NCBI GenBank assembly: GCA_016197155.1
Contig: JACPWF010000024.1
Location: 17,432-81,431, forward strand
DNA length: 64,000 bases
Reading direction: 5' to 3'
Source of the DNA: Candidatus Omnitrophota bacterium
GTDB taxonomy: Bacteria > Omnitrophota > Gorgyraeia > 2-02-FULL-51-18
Both the position numbers and the translations under genes were made by a program. Positions 40,751 to 51,557 of this stretch are shown piece after piece (positions within the stretch are counted from its first letter, which is position 1; every line of letters starts with the position of its first letter). A model generated the notes under the pieces. That model made no database searches, was not told where the DNA came from, and saw only the letters and a list, made by a program, of their open reading frames with translations.

Positions 40751-42202
40751 GCCCGCGCCGAGCGCTTCAAGCGCGCGGCGAAAAGAGGGGTTGTCCAGAG
40801 AAAGCGGCGGCAGGTAGAGTCCCAGCGGCTCGCGGACCCACCAGTCGCCGGTTTTCTTTTTCTCCCCGGCGGTCGTGAAGTGATAGCTGTAGAGCACCGC
40901 GCGGATGAAGTGGGGCGGGTGAGCGGGGAAGGGGTTTCGCGCGAGCTGTTTTAAAATTTCCCGGTCGTTTTGAAGCAGTTTGTTGACCAGATTTAAAATC
41001 CACGGGTGCTCGCGCCAATCCGTCATCGCCGCGAACCACATGAGCCAGTCGAGCCTCAGGTGGTAGGGCGCCACGATCGGCGGCCGGCGGCGGACGTCAC
41101 CGGGTTTGGCTTTGAATTCATATTCCTTCCATTTTGTCGAAGGTGAAACCTCCCAGTCGTCCGTTCCCTCCAGGATCACTTCCGTGCGAATCTTCGTGAC
41201 ACTGCCGAACGCGCCGTAGGCGTTGACGAGGTGTAGCGGCTCGAAGCTCGTGTTCATCATCTGCCTCGGTGAAAAAAGATTGAGCGCGGGATGGATGCTC
41301 AAATAAAGAACCAGCGCCGAAAACACCGCGAGGACCGCTTTTCTCGGTTTTGTCGGCGGCGCGGTGGCCGGAAAAGAAACGCGGAAGAATTTTTGAAAGA
41401 ACGCCTCATCGAAACAGGACAGCGCGATCACGATCGTGAGGTAATTGAGCCACGAGAGATTTCCGCTTAGGACGAGGCATCCCTGAAAAACGATCGTGAG
41501 GATTCCCGCCGCCCAGCCCACCGGACCCGGCACGAAGTAAAACCACGGCACAACCAACTCCACAAAATGCGTGTAGAGTGTTTGGAATTTCAAAAACCCG
41601 TGCGGCAGGTGGTGAAAAGACCAGCTGAGAGGATTCGGGATCGGCTGGGTTTCGTAATGGTAGAACATGCAGGTCAAGTCGCGCCAGCAGGCGTCGCCGC
41701 GCATCTTGATGAGGCCCGCGCCGAACATGAGGCGAAAAAGTTCCCAGCGCAAGAACCAAACCACGATTTTCGGCGGCTCGGTGTCCCTTGACCCCAGAAA
41801 AATCGCGAGGAACCCCGTCTCGAGCGTCATGGTTTCCCAGCCAAAGCTGTAGAACGTCTGTCCGATATTGACAACGGACAGATAAAAAACCCAGAGCAGT
41901 CCCCACACCGCCGCGGAAAAATAAATCCCGAAACGCTCCGAGACCCCGCTCATCGCGAGGAGGGACAGACCCACACCCGCCCACACAACCGCCCCGACAA
42001 AAGCGTCCGAGGCATTGAACCAAAAAATCGAAGGGCTGTCCCAAAAACGGATCTGCTTCAGGAAGAACGAGGCGGGCAGGAGGCCGTGCTCGCCGATGAG
42101 CGCGCGGAACTGCAGGGCCGTCGACACGAACGCGATGAGGTAGATGAACCCGAGCGCCCTTTGGAAACAAACGCGGAATCCCATGGCGCTATTATGAACC
42201 AT
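40742..42202 (-). CDS. Lipase maturation factor (LMF1) family protein
   Basis: FGWE..LETGFL, RLMFGAGLIK.RGD.CW, YHYETQPIPNP, PYHLRLDWLMWF. Confidence 0.9.
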   Translation of the reverse strand: MVHNSAMGFRVCFQRALGFIYLIAFVSTALQFRALIGEHGLLPASFFLKQIRFWDSPSIFWFNASDAFVGAVVWAGVGLSLLAMSGVSERFGIYFSAAVWGLLWVFYLSVVNIGQTFYSFGWETMTLETGFLAIFLGSRDTEPPKIVVWFLRWELFRLMFGAGLIKMRGDACWRDLTCMFYHYETQPIPNPLSWSFHHLPHGFLKFQTLYTHFVELVVPWFYFVPGPVGWAAGILTIVFQGCLVLSGNLSWLNYLTIVIALSCFDEAFFQKFFRVSFPATAPPTKPRKAVLAVFSALVLYLSIHPALNLFSPRQMMNTSFEPLHLVNAYGAFGSVTKIRTEVILEGTDDWEVSPSTKWKEYEFKAKPGDVRRRPPIVAPYHLRLDWLMWFAAMTDWREHPWILNLVNKLLQNDREILKQLARNPFPAHPPHFIRAVLYSYHFTTAGEKKKTGDWWVREPLGLYLPPLSLDNPSFRRALEALGAGSN

Positions 42203-42624
42203 TCCGCGTGAAAAGCAAAATTAGAAATTTGGGAAAAAAAGCGGCCCTTAGCGTTTCCGCCGCCGTCTTATGAGGAAGAGGCTTTAATTTGTTAAAATTA
42301 ATACAAAAAATATCTAGAATATTGATAGAAATAATCCAATCAATAAAATATAAGAATTTTTGATAATAATTTGATAATCATACTACTTTGCAATAATGAT
42401 TAATATGGGTAATTTACTCCACTTTATAATATAAATTATAAATTTAATGGGAAAAATGTATTATAAATTGAATTTTAATTGATAATTATAGCCACTTTTA
42501 GAAATTTAATTTGTAATAAATGACCCTATTATTTGATGTGATAAAAAACTCCAGCCTGATGCCGGAGGAGGTATTTCGCGGGTTTATAACAGCGGGCGGG
42601 CCGGAAGGATCGATGAAAATATAT

Positions 42625-42653
42625 TTGACAGTAATACTTATATATGGTACATT
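42625..42653 (+). promoter_or_regulatory. cysD operon promoter
   Basis: TTGACA-17bp-TACATT with TG extension. Confidence 0.65.
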
Positions 42654-42700
42654 TTTATTGTCATATATAGAAGTAGAATAGTCATATACGAAAGGCAAAG

Positions 42701-43503
<803 letters not shown>

Positions 43504-43504
<1 letters not shown>

Positions 43505-44778
43505 TGGACGAGGCGCTGCGCATCGTATTCGTGGGCCATGTGGATCACGGCAAATCGACGCTGGTGGGACGGCTGTTGGCCGAAACCGACTCCCTCACGC
43601 CGCAGAAAATCCGCCAGGTGGAGGAGATCTGCAAGGAGCGCGGGATGAAATTCGAGTACGCGTTTTTGCTCGACGCGCTCGAAGAAGAACAGGACCAGGG
43701 CATCACCATAGACGTTTCCCAGGTTTATTTCAAATCCTCGAGGCGCGCTTACCGCATCATCGACGCGCCGGGCCACAAGGAATTCTTAAAGAACATGATC
43801 TCCGGCGCCTCGACGGCGGACGTGGCGATTCTTTTGATTGACGCGGAGGAAGGCCTGCGCGAGCAGTCCAAGCGTCACGCCACGCTCCTTTCTCTTTTGG
43901 GCGTCAAAACCATTCTCATCGTCATCAATAAAATGGATTTGGTCGATTACAAAAAAGAAGTTTTTGACGCCATCCGCGCGGAATACGAAAAACACCTGGC
44001 TTCTCTTAAAATCACCCCGCGCGCCTTCATTCCTCTGGCGGCCTATGACGGCGAAAATCTCGTCAAAAAAAGCCAAAAAATGCCCTGGTATGACGGCCCG
44101 TCGCTTTTGGAAACGCTGGATGGCCTGGAACCGCCCGCCTCGAGCGAAGACAAGCCTCTGCGTTTTCCCCTCCAGGATGTTTACAAGTTCGACAAGCGGA
44201 GAATTCTGGCCGGCCGGATCGAGTCCGGCCGTATCCATGCCGGCGATGAGCTTTTGTTTTTGCCCTCGGGGAAAACGGGCGTTGTCCAATCCATCGAAAA
44301 GTGGCGCCCGCCACAAACCAGCGGCGCCTGCCCGCCTTTGCGGGAAGCCGCCGCGGGCGAGTCTATCGGCATGGTTCTCGAAGACCAGATTTTTGTCGAG
44401 CGCGGAGAAGTGGCCTGCCTGCCGGCTACCGCCGCGCAGGTGGCGCGGTCGCTTTTTGTCCACATTTTCTGGATGGGCAACCTTCACCTGGAAAAGGGCG
44501 CCAAATGCGTTTTGAAATTGACCACGCAGGAAGTCGAGTGCGTGGTCGAGGCGATTTTAAAAGTCGTCAACTCCTCGACGCTGGATGAGATTTCCAAAAG
44601 CTCGCGCTCGGTGGCCAAAAACGAGGTGGCCGAGCTCATTTTGCTTGCCAAAAAACCCGTGGCGTTTGACCCCTTTGACGCGGTGACCGAAACGGGGCGC
44701 TTTGTGCTGGTGCATGACCGGCAGGTGCGCGGCGGCGGGATCATTTTAAAAAAAGCGGAGCCCTTTAGTGCGATTTGA
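43504..44778 (+). CDS. cysN: Sulfate adenylyltransferase subunit 1 (no CysC domain); start MDEALRIV
   Basis: GHVDHGKSTL, EQDQGITID, DAPGH, NKMD, TGRFVL. Confidence 0.94.
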
Positions 44779-45523
44779 CATTTTAAAATTAAACAAAGAA
44801 TTTGAAAAGGCCTCGGCGGTGGCGGTCCTTCAGTGGGCGCTTAAAAATTTTTATCCCAAGCTCGCGCTGGCCTCGTCCTTCGGAGCGGAGGACGTTGTCC
44901 TCATCGACATTCTCGTGAAGCTCGAGCCCGGGATACGCGTGTTCACGCTGGACACGGGAAGATTGAACGAAGAGACGTACGAGGTGATGGACCGCATCCG
45001 GGAGAAGTATAAAATTTCCGTCGAGTCCTATTTTCCGGATCGGAAAAAAGTGGAGGCCCTCGAACGGGCGAAGGGATTTTATTCTTTCCGCGAGTCCGTT
45101 CAAAATCGCAAAGAGTGCTGTGGGATCCGGAAGGTCGAGCCGCTCGGTCGCGCGCTCAAAGGTCTGGAGGCGTGGGTGACGGGCCTGCGCCGCGCGCAGT
45201 CGGTGACGCGCACGGGCATTGAAAAAATTGAAAAAGACGAGGCGCACGGCGGGATTTTAAAAATCAGTCCGCTGGCGGATTGGACGAACGACGACGTGTG
45301 GGCCTACATTAAAAAGAACGGCGTTCCGTACAACCGCCTGCACGACCAGGGGTATCCGTCGATCGGCTGTGCGCCGTGCACGCGCGCGGTGAAGCCCGGC
45401 GGGGACATCCGTTCCGGTCGCTGGTGGTGGGAAAATCCCGATCACAAGGAGTGCGGACTCCATGTAACAGACAGGAGTCAGGCATCAAGAGACAGGATTC
45501 AGGAAAAGAAAAACAATAAATGA
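44768..45523 (+). CDS. cysH: APS reductase (4Fe-4S type)
   Basis: SFGAED, LDTG, ECCGIRKVEPL, SIGCAPCT, ECGLH. Confidence 0.94.
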   Translation: MRFDILKLNKEFEKASAVAVLQWALKNFYPKLALASSFGAEDVVLIDILVKLEPGIRVFTLDTGRLNEETYEVMDRIREKYKISVESYFPDRKKVEALERAKGFYSFRESVQNRKECCGIRKVEPLGRALKGLEAWVTGLRRAQSVTRTGIEKIEKDEAHGGILKISPLADWTNDDVWAYIKKNGVPYNRLHDQGYPSIGCAPCTRAVKPGGDIRSGRWWWENPDHKECGLHVTDRSQASRDRIQEKKNNK

Positions 45524-46359
45524 GAGTGGTTTTAAGGAGAGTCCATAAGAGTTTTGAGCAAAAAGGCCAGAGAGTGCAGGTCCTCTCCGACGTGAATCTT
45601 GCCGTCGAGGAGGGGGAGTTCATCTGCGTGCTCGGGCCTTCGGGTTGCGGCAAATCGACGCTCATCTCGCTCATCGCGGGTCTGGAGTTTCCGGATTCGG
45701 GAGAGGTGTTCGTCGATTCCAAAATCGTCGAGGGGCCCTCAAGCGACCGCCTGGTGGTTTTTCAGGAGGCCGCGCTTTTTCCGTGGCTGTCGGTGCTCGG
45801 CAATGTGGAGTTTGGCCTGAAACTCGCGCGCGTGCCGGAAAAAGAGCGCCGGGAGCGGGCGCTTGAGGCGATTAAAATGGTGCACCTGGCGCGTTTCGTG
45901 AACGCCCATCCGCACGAGCTATCCGGCGGCATGAAACAGCGCGCCGCGCTCGCTCGCGCGCTCGTCCTGGATCCCAAAATTCTCCTCATGGACGAGCCGT
46001 TCGCCGCGCTCGACGCCCAGACGCGCAACCTCCTGCAGGTCGAGCTTCAGGAAATCTGGCAGAGGACCAAAAAGACGATTTTATTCGTCACGCACAACGT
46101 GCGCGAGGCGACGTTTCTGTCCGACCGCGTTTTGTAGATCACCGCGCGGCCCGGCACGATCAAAAAAGAGCACCCGATTTCCATTCCGCGTCCGCGGAAA
46201 GAGCAGGACCCGAACCTTTTGGTCGTTCAAACCCGGATCATGAGTTCGCTGAAGGACGAGATCGAAAAAGTGGCGCGCGAGGAGCTCGACACGGATTACA
46301 AAGTTTCCAAGGAAGGCGTTTTGATCCCCGTTGACCGGAATGTGGGGAGCAACATTTGA
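45520..46359 (+). pseudogene. NitT/TauT ABC ATPase interrupted by in-frame TAG at 46135..46137
   Basis: GPSGCGKST, LSGGM, MDEPF; the frame continues ITARPGTIKKE...VGSNI to TGA 46359. Confidence 0.75.
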
Positions 46360-46760
46360 CGATTAAAATCCACAAAGGCGTTTACGACCGGATGATTGCC
46401 CACGCCAAGTCCGGTTATCCGAACGAGGCGTGCGGGATCCTGGCCGGAAAGCCGAAAGGCCCGGCGGGCGTTTTTTATCCCATGCGCAACGCGGACGAAT
46501 CGCCGATCAGTTATTTCATGGACCCCAGGGAACAGCTGGGCGTTTTCAAAAAAATGAGAGAGGCCGGTCTCGAGATGAAGGGGATTTTTCATTCGCATGT
46601 GGCGAGTGCCGCCTATCCTTCGCAAAAAGACGTGCGGCTCGCGTTTTATCCGGAAGCGAGCGCGGTGATTGTGTCGTTGTCGGATTTGAAAAAGCCGGTC
46701 GTGTGTTCGTTTAAAATTGATCGGGAAACCGTGACGGAGGAGAAAATAGAAATTGTCTAG
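46356..46760 (+). CDS. JAMM/M67 metallopeptidase (Mec/HcyD-like)
   Basis: PNEACGIL, FHSH...AYPS..D. Confidence 0.92.
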   Translation: MTIKIHKGVYDRMIAHAKSGYPNEACGILAGKPKGPAGVFYPMRNADESPISYFMDPREQLGVFKKMREAGLEMKGIFHSHVASAAYPSQKDVRLAFYPEASAVIVSLSDLKKPVVCSFKIDRETVTEEKIEIV

Positions 46761-46986
46761 CGCCGATTCCGAAACCGTCCGGATCCTTTTGAACGGAAAA
46801 CCGCAGGCCGTCCGCGCGGGCCTGTCGGTCGCGGATCTTCTTTTAAAATGGAAGATCCGGCCGGAGCTCGTGACGGTCGAGCTGAACGGGACGATTTTGC
46901 AGAAGCTCGACTATGAAACGGCGGAATTGAGACAGGGCGACAAGGTGGAATTTGTTTTTTACATGGGAGGTGGCGCTTGGGCATAA
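46753..46986 (+). CDS. ThiS-family sulfur carrier with C-terminal extension (GG-GAWA)
   Basis: LNG...VTVELNG...GDKVEFVFYMGGGAWA. Confidence 0.88.
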   Translation: MSSADSETVRILLNGKPQAVRAGLSVADLLLKWKIRPELVTVELNGTILQKLDYETAELRQGDKVEFVFYMGGGAWA

Positions 46987-47906
46987 AGGCCGGCACGGAT
47001 GTTTTGGAGCTCATCGGCAACACGCCGATGGTGAGGCTGAGGAAGGTCGTCGGGAAAAATGACGCGGCGATCTTCGCGAAGCTGGAAATGTTCAATCCCG
47101 GCGGGAGCGTGAAGGACCGCATCGCGCTGAACATGGTCGAACAGGCCGAGAAAAAAGGAATTTTAAAACCGGGGTCCGTGATCGTCGAGCCCACGAGCGG
47201 CAACACGGGCATAGGCCTGGCGATCGTCGGGGCCGTGAAAGGCTACCGCGTGATTCTCACGATGCCCGAGGCGATGAGCCAGGAGCGGATTCAGATTTTG
47301 CAGAGTTTCGGCGCCGAGGTCGTGCTCACGTCGGCGCGCGACGGGATGGTGGGCGCGGTCGAAAAGGCGCGAGAGATCGTCGCCTCGACGAAGGACGCCT
47401 TTATGCCTCAACAGTTCATGAACCCGGACAACCCGGCGGCGCACCGCAAGACGACCGCGAGGGAGATTTTACGCGACACGGACGGCACGATCGACGCGTT
47501 CGTGGCCGGTGTCGGGACCGGCGGCACCATCACGGGCGTCGGAGAGGTTTTAAAGAAACACAATCCCAAAATCAGGATCGTCGCCGTCGAGCCGAAAAAT
47601 TCGAGCGTCCTCTCCGGCGGAAAGCCGGGGCCGCACATGATCCAGGGCATCGGCGCGGGATTTGTGCCGGACGTTTTGGACCGCGAGGTGATCGACGAGA
47701 TCCTCACGGTCGACGACCACGAGTCCTATCAAATGGCCAAGCGCCTCACGCGCGAGGAGGGCATTTTTGCGGGCCTCTCCTGCGGTGCCGCCTGCATCGG
47801 CGCTTTGAAAACGGCCAAGTCGCTCGGAAACGGAAAGACGGTCGTCGTGGTGTTTCCCGATTCGGGCGAGCGTTACCTGAGCGTCGAACCGTACTTCAAT
47901 ATTTGA
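46977..47906 (+). CDS. cysK: Cysteine synthase
   Basis: NPGGSVKDRIA, EPTSGNTG, GVGTGGT, H.IQGIG, DSGERYLS. Confidence 0.95.
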   Translation: MGIKAGTDVLELIGNTPMVRLRKVVGKNDAAIFAKLEMFNPGGSVKDRIALNMVEQAEKKGILKPGSVIVEPTSGNTGIGLAIVGAVKGYRVILTMPEAMSQERIQILQSFGAEVVLTSARDGMVGAVEKAREIVASTKDAFMPQQFMNPDNPAAHRKTTAREILRDTDGTIDAFVAGVGTGGTITGVGEVLKKHNPKIRIVAVEPKNSSVLSGGKPGPHMIQGIGAGFVPDVLDREVIDEILTVDDHESYQMAKRLTREEGIFAGLSCGAACIGALKTAKSLGNGKTVVVVFPDSGERYLSVEPYFNI

Positions 47907-47917
47907 TCCGAGGCTCC

Positions 47918-48694
47918 ATGAACGCCAAATCGCTGTCCGTTTATTTTTTGAAACAAATCCTTTTTTACGCCGCGCTGGTTTTGGCGTGGCAATTTTTATT
48001 TTCCCTCAAATTCTGGCCGCAGTATCTTTTTCCCTCGCCGGGGCAGGTGCTCGAGACGCTCGCCGAGGGCTTCCGCAACCGGACGTTTCTCGTCGGGATC
48101 GCCGTCAGTTTGAGGCGGTTATCCGCGGGGTATCTGATCTCGGTTTTTTTCGGCGCCGCGCTCGGCCTCTTGATCGGAAAATTCAAAATATTGGACGAGA
48201 CGCTCGGCGGATTTATTGTGGGATTGCAGACCCTGCCCAGCATCTGCTGGCTGCCGCTGGCGATCCTGTGGTTCGGGCTGAATGAGGCGGCGATCATTTT
48301 CGTCGTCGTGATGGGTTCGCTTTTGTCGATCACGATGGCGACGGACAGCGGCGTCAAAAACATCCAGCCGATCACCCTGCGCGCGGGACGCAACATGGGC
48401 GCCAGGGGCAAGGACCTGTTTCTTCAGGTGATCCTGCCCGCGGCGCTTCCGTCCATCGTGATGGGATTGAAACAGGGCTGGTCTTTCGCGTGGCGCTCGC
48501 TGATGGCTGGGGAAATCCTGTTTGTGAGCCTCGGGCTCGGGCATCTCCTCAACATGGGCCGGGAGCTGAACGACATGAGCCAGGTGATCGCGGTCATGAT
48601 CGTGATCGTGGCGATCGGCGTCATCGTGGACAACCTGATCTTTGGCTCGGTGGAGAAAAAGGTCAGGCAAGTATGGGGACTGGAAAGAAAGTGA
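47918..48694 (+). CDS. NitT/TauT ABC permease
   Basis: FPSP, LQTLPSICWLPLAILWFG, PAALP, WRSLMAGE. Confidence 0.92.
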   Translation: MNAKSLSVYFLKQILFYAALVLAWQFLFSLKFWPQYLFPSPGQVLETLAEGFRNRTFLVGIAVSLRRLSAGYLISVFFGAALGLLIGKFKILDETLGGFIVGLQTLPSICWLPLAILWFGLNEAAIIFVVVMGSLLSITMATDSGVKNIQPITLRAGRNMGARGKDLFLQVILPAALPSIVMGLKQGWSFAWRSLMAGEILFVSLGLGHLLNMGRELNDMSQVIAVMIVIVAIGVIVDNLIFGSVEKKVRQVWGLERK

Positions 48695-49689
48695 AAAAGT
48701 TTTTCGCGTTTTCGGGACTGCTTCTTTTTTTAAACACGGCGGCCCATCCCTTCACCGGAAATAAGGAAGCGCCGGCCGTGCGCGTGGGGCATTTTTCCAA
48801 TCTCACGCACGCGCAGGCGCTCGTCGGCCGCGCGAACGGCTGGTTTAACGAGAGGCTTTCTCCGGACGCGCCACCCGAGTGGAAAATTTTTAACGCGGGG
48901 CCTTCGGCGGCCGAGGCGATTTTTGCGGGGCAGGTCGACATCGCCTACATCGGCCCGAGCCCGGCGGTGAACGGTTTTATCAAATCAAACGGCGAGGCCC
49001 TGCGCATCGTCGCGGGCGCGGCCTCGGGGGGCGCGGCACTCGTCGTGCGCGAGGATGCGGGAATCAAAACCGTCGGGGACTTTCACGGCAAAAAAATCGC
49101 TTCCCCCCAGCTCGGGAACACGCAGGACGTGGCGATCCGCGCGTGGCTTTCGAAAAATAAATTCGCTTTGGCGGATCGGGGCGGCGACGTGCAGGTCCTG
49201 CCGGTTTCGAACGCGGACCAACAAACACTTTTCCTGAAAAAAGAGATCGACGGCGCCTGGACCGTCGAGCCGTGGGTGTCGCTTCTCATGGAGAAGGCGA
49301 ACGGGAAAATTTTCCTCGAAGAGTCCGGGCTTTGGCCCGGCGGGAAATACGCGACCACCGTCGTCGTGGTGAGGAAAAAATTTCTCGACGAGCGCCCGGC
49401 GCTCGTAAAAAAATTCCTGAAGGCCCACGCCGACCTGACGGATTGGATCCGCCGGAACCCCGTGGAGGCCAAAGGCCTTATGGCCGCGGAAATCGAAAGA
49501 GAAACGACAAAGGCCCTGCCCCCGGCTGTTCTGGACGAGGCCTTCAAGCGGATCGAATTTTTGACCGACCCGCTCGAGGCCTCCGTCAAAACCCAGGCCG
49601 ACGCCGCGTACGAGGCGGGGTTTTTGAAGAAAAAGCCCGACCTCGCGGGGCTCTTTGATTTAAAGATTTTGAAGGAACTTTCCGCTTGA
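48691..49689 (+). CDS. NitT/TauT ABC substrate-binding protein
   Basis: N.THAQALVG, FNAGP, YIGPSPA.N, PQLGNTQDV, EPW. Confidence 0.9.
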   Translation: MKKFFAFSGLLLFLNTAAHPFTGNKEAPAVRVGHFSNLTHAQALVGRANGWFNERLSPDAPPEWKIFNAGPSAAEAIFAGQVDIAYIGPSPAVNGFIKSNGEALRIVAGAASGGAALVVREDAGIKTVGDFHGKKIASPQLGNTQDVAIRAWLSKNKFALADRGGDVQVLPVSNADQQTLFLKKEIDGAWTVEPWVSLLMEKANGKIFLEESGLWPGGKYATTVVVVRKKFLDERPALVKKFLKAHADLTDWIRRNPVEAKGLMAAEIERETTKALPPAVLDEAFKRIEFLTDPLEASVKTQADAAYEAGFLKKKPDLAGLFDLKILKELSA

Positions 49690-49714
49690 CAACGTATAGT
49701 TTAGTATATACACT
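49686..49714 (+). promoter_or_regulatory. Promoter/operator of brnT-brnA
   Basis: TTGACA-17bp-TACACT enclosing inverted repeat GTATA...TATAC. Confidence 0.65.
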
Positions 49715-49723
49715 CTAATTGGG

Positions 49724-50026
49724 GTGCCGGTTATGGAATGGTTCAAAAATGCCTCGGAGTTCGAATGGGATCCGGGGAATAAGGATAAGAACTTTGCCAA
49801 GCACCGGGTCACCAATGAAGAGTGCGAAGAGGCGTTTTTCGATCCCCATAAACGTTTTCGGAGCGTGCCCTCGGAGTGGGGGGAGGAGAGGCATCTTCTG
49901 GTCGCCAAGACCAAGGCGGGGAGGTTATTGTTCATTGTTTTTACTTTGAGGCGTAGTAAAATACGCGTGATACCCGCCCGTGATTTAAACCGGCGCGAGA
50001 GGCATCTTTATGAAAAAGAATCTTAA
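49724..50026 (+). CDS. BrnT family toxin
   Basis: FEWD..N..KH.V..EE.EEAFFD, EER, IRVI.AR. Confidence 0.9.
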   Translation: MPVMEWFKNASEFEWDPGNKDKNFAKHRVTNEECEEAFFDPHKRFRSVPSEWGEERHLLVAKTKAGRLLFIVFTLRRSKIRVIPARDLNRRERHLYEKES

Positions 50027-50282
50027 ACTTCACAAATTTCACAATGAGGACGAAGAGAGAAAATTTTGGGCGACTCTCGATTTGGCGGATTATTTCGAAT
50101 CGAAAGATTTGGCGTCGGTTTCTTTTCCAAATCTCAAACCTTCCTCGCGATCGATTTCCATCCGGCTGTCCGAACCGATGCTGATTCGTTTAAAGGAACA
50201 GGCCAACGAGCTTCACATTCCTTACCAGTCGCTGATCAAACAGTACATCGCCAGAGGGATCCGTCAGCCTTATGCGGCCTAA
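50010..50282 (+). CDS. BrnA/CopG-like antitoxin
   Basis: EDEERKFW, ISIRL, IPYQSLIK. Confidence 0.88.
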   Translation: MKKNLKLHKFHNEDEERKFWATLDLADYFESKDLASVSFPNLKPSSRSISIRLSEPMLIRLKEQANELHIPYQSLIKQYIARGIRQPYAA

Positions 50283-50294
50283 CCGGGTGAATCC

Positions 50295-51557
50295 ATGAGT
50301 TACGTCAAAGGCCTCAAATGCCGCGAGTGCCACCGTCTCTATCCGACCGAGGCCGTGTACGTCTGCGAATTTTGCTTCGGGTCGCTGGAGGTGGATTATG
50401 ATTACGACAAGATTAAAAGCGTCCTGTCGCGGCGAAAAATCGAGGAAGGGCCCAAAAGCATCTGGCGCTACCGCGAGCTTTTGCCGATTGACGGACGGCC
50501 CACGGTCGGTTTCCACGCGGGTTTCACGCCGCTTTTTCGCGCCGACAATCTCGCGCGGGAGCTGGGGCATTCCGAGCTTTACGTGAAGGACGATTCGGTT
50601 TGCCATCCGACTCTTTCCTTTAAGGACCGCGTCGTGGCGGTGGCGCTCACGAAGGCCAAAGAGCTCGGGTTTAAAACCGTCGCGTGCGCCTCGACGGGGA
50701 ATCTCGCGGGATCCGTGAGCGCGCAGGCGGCCTGGGCGGGGCTCAACCGTTTTATTTTCATTCCGGCGGACCTCGAGCACGGCAAGGTCGTGGGCTCGCT
50801 CACGTACGCGCCGAATCTCGTCGCGGTGGAGGGAAATTATGACGAGGTGAACCGGCTCTGCGCGGAGATCGCCGCGCGCTACCGCTGGGCGTTTGTGAAT
50901 ATCAATATCCGTCCCTATTACGCCGAGGGTTCGAAGACCTACGGATTCGAAGTCGCCGAACAGCTCGGGTGGCGCACGCCGCGGCACCTGGTGGTGCCCG
51001 TGGCGAGCGGGTCGCTTTTGGTCAAAATTTGGAAGGCGTTCAATGAATTTAAAAAACTGGGCCTCATCGATTCGGTGGATTCCAAAATCCACGCCGCGCA
51101 GGCCGAGGGCTGTTCGCCCGTCGTCGCGGCCCTCCGCGAAAAGAGCGAAATCATTAAACCCGTGAAACCGAAAACCATCGCCAAGTCCCTGGCCATCGGC
51201 AATCCCGCAGACGGCATTTACGCGTGCGACGCCGTGAAGGAAAGCGGCGGCTCTGGCGGAGCCGTGACGGACGCGGAGATCGTCGAAGGCATCAAGCTCC
51301 TGGCGCGCACCGAGGGGATTTTCACGGAGACCGCGGGAGGCGTCACCGTCGCCGTGACGAAAAAATTAATTGAAAAAGGCGTCATTCCCAAAAACGAATC
51401 CTGCGTCATCTGCATCACCGGCAACGGCCTGAAAACCCAGGAGGCCGTCTCCGACCACATCGGCAAGCCCTATAAAATCAAACCCACTTTAGAATCTTTT
51501 GAAACGTCCCTGAGAAACGAATCGACAATCAAGGAGGAAGTATGGCAGTCAAGGTAA
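50295..51557 (+). CDS. Threonine-synthase-like PLP enzyme (possibly O-phosphohomoserine sulfhydrylase)
   Basis: N-terminal Zn ribbon, [42 protein letters not shown]; followed by a MoaD-like gene. Confidence 0.85.
   Translation: MSYVKGLKCRECHRLYPTEAVYVCEFCFGSLEVDYDYDKIKSVLSRRKIEEGPKSIWRYRELLPIDGRPTVGFHAGFTPLFRADNLARELGHSELYVKDDSVCHPTLSFKDRVVAVALTKAKELGFKTVACASTGNLAGSVSAQAAWAGLNRFIFIPADLEHGKVVGSLTYAPNLVAVEGNYDEVNRLCAEIAARYRWAFVNINIRPYYAEGSKTYGFEVAEQLGWRTPRHLVVPVASGSLLVKIWKAFNEFKKLGLIDSVDSKIHAAQAEGCSPVVAALREKSEIIKPVKPKTIAKSLAIGNPADGIYACDAVKESGGSGGAVTDAEIVEGIKLLARTEGIFTETAGGVTVAVTKKLIEKGVIPKNESCVICITGNGLKTQEAVSDHIGKPYKIKPTLESFETSLRNESTIKEEVWQSR

Noticed and set aside
46135-46137. Pyrrolysine or stop-codon reassignment at the TAG
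   Set aside because: TAG ends many genes here (rpmH, gyrA, ANTAR, narK, mobA); no pyl genes in window; single instance
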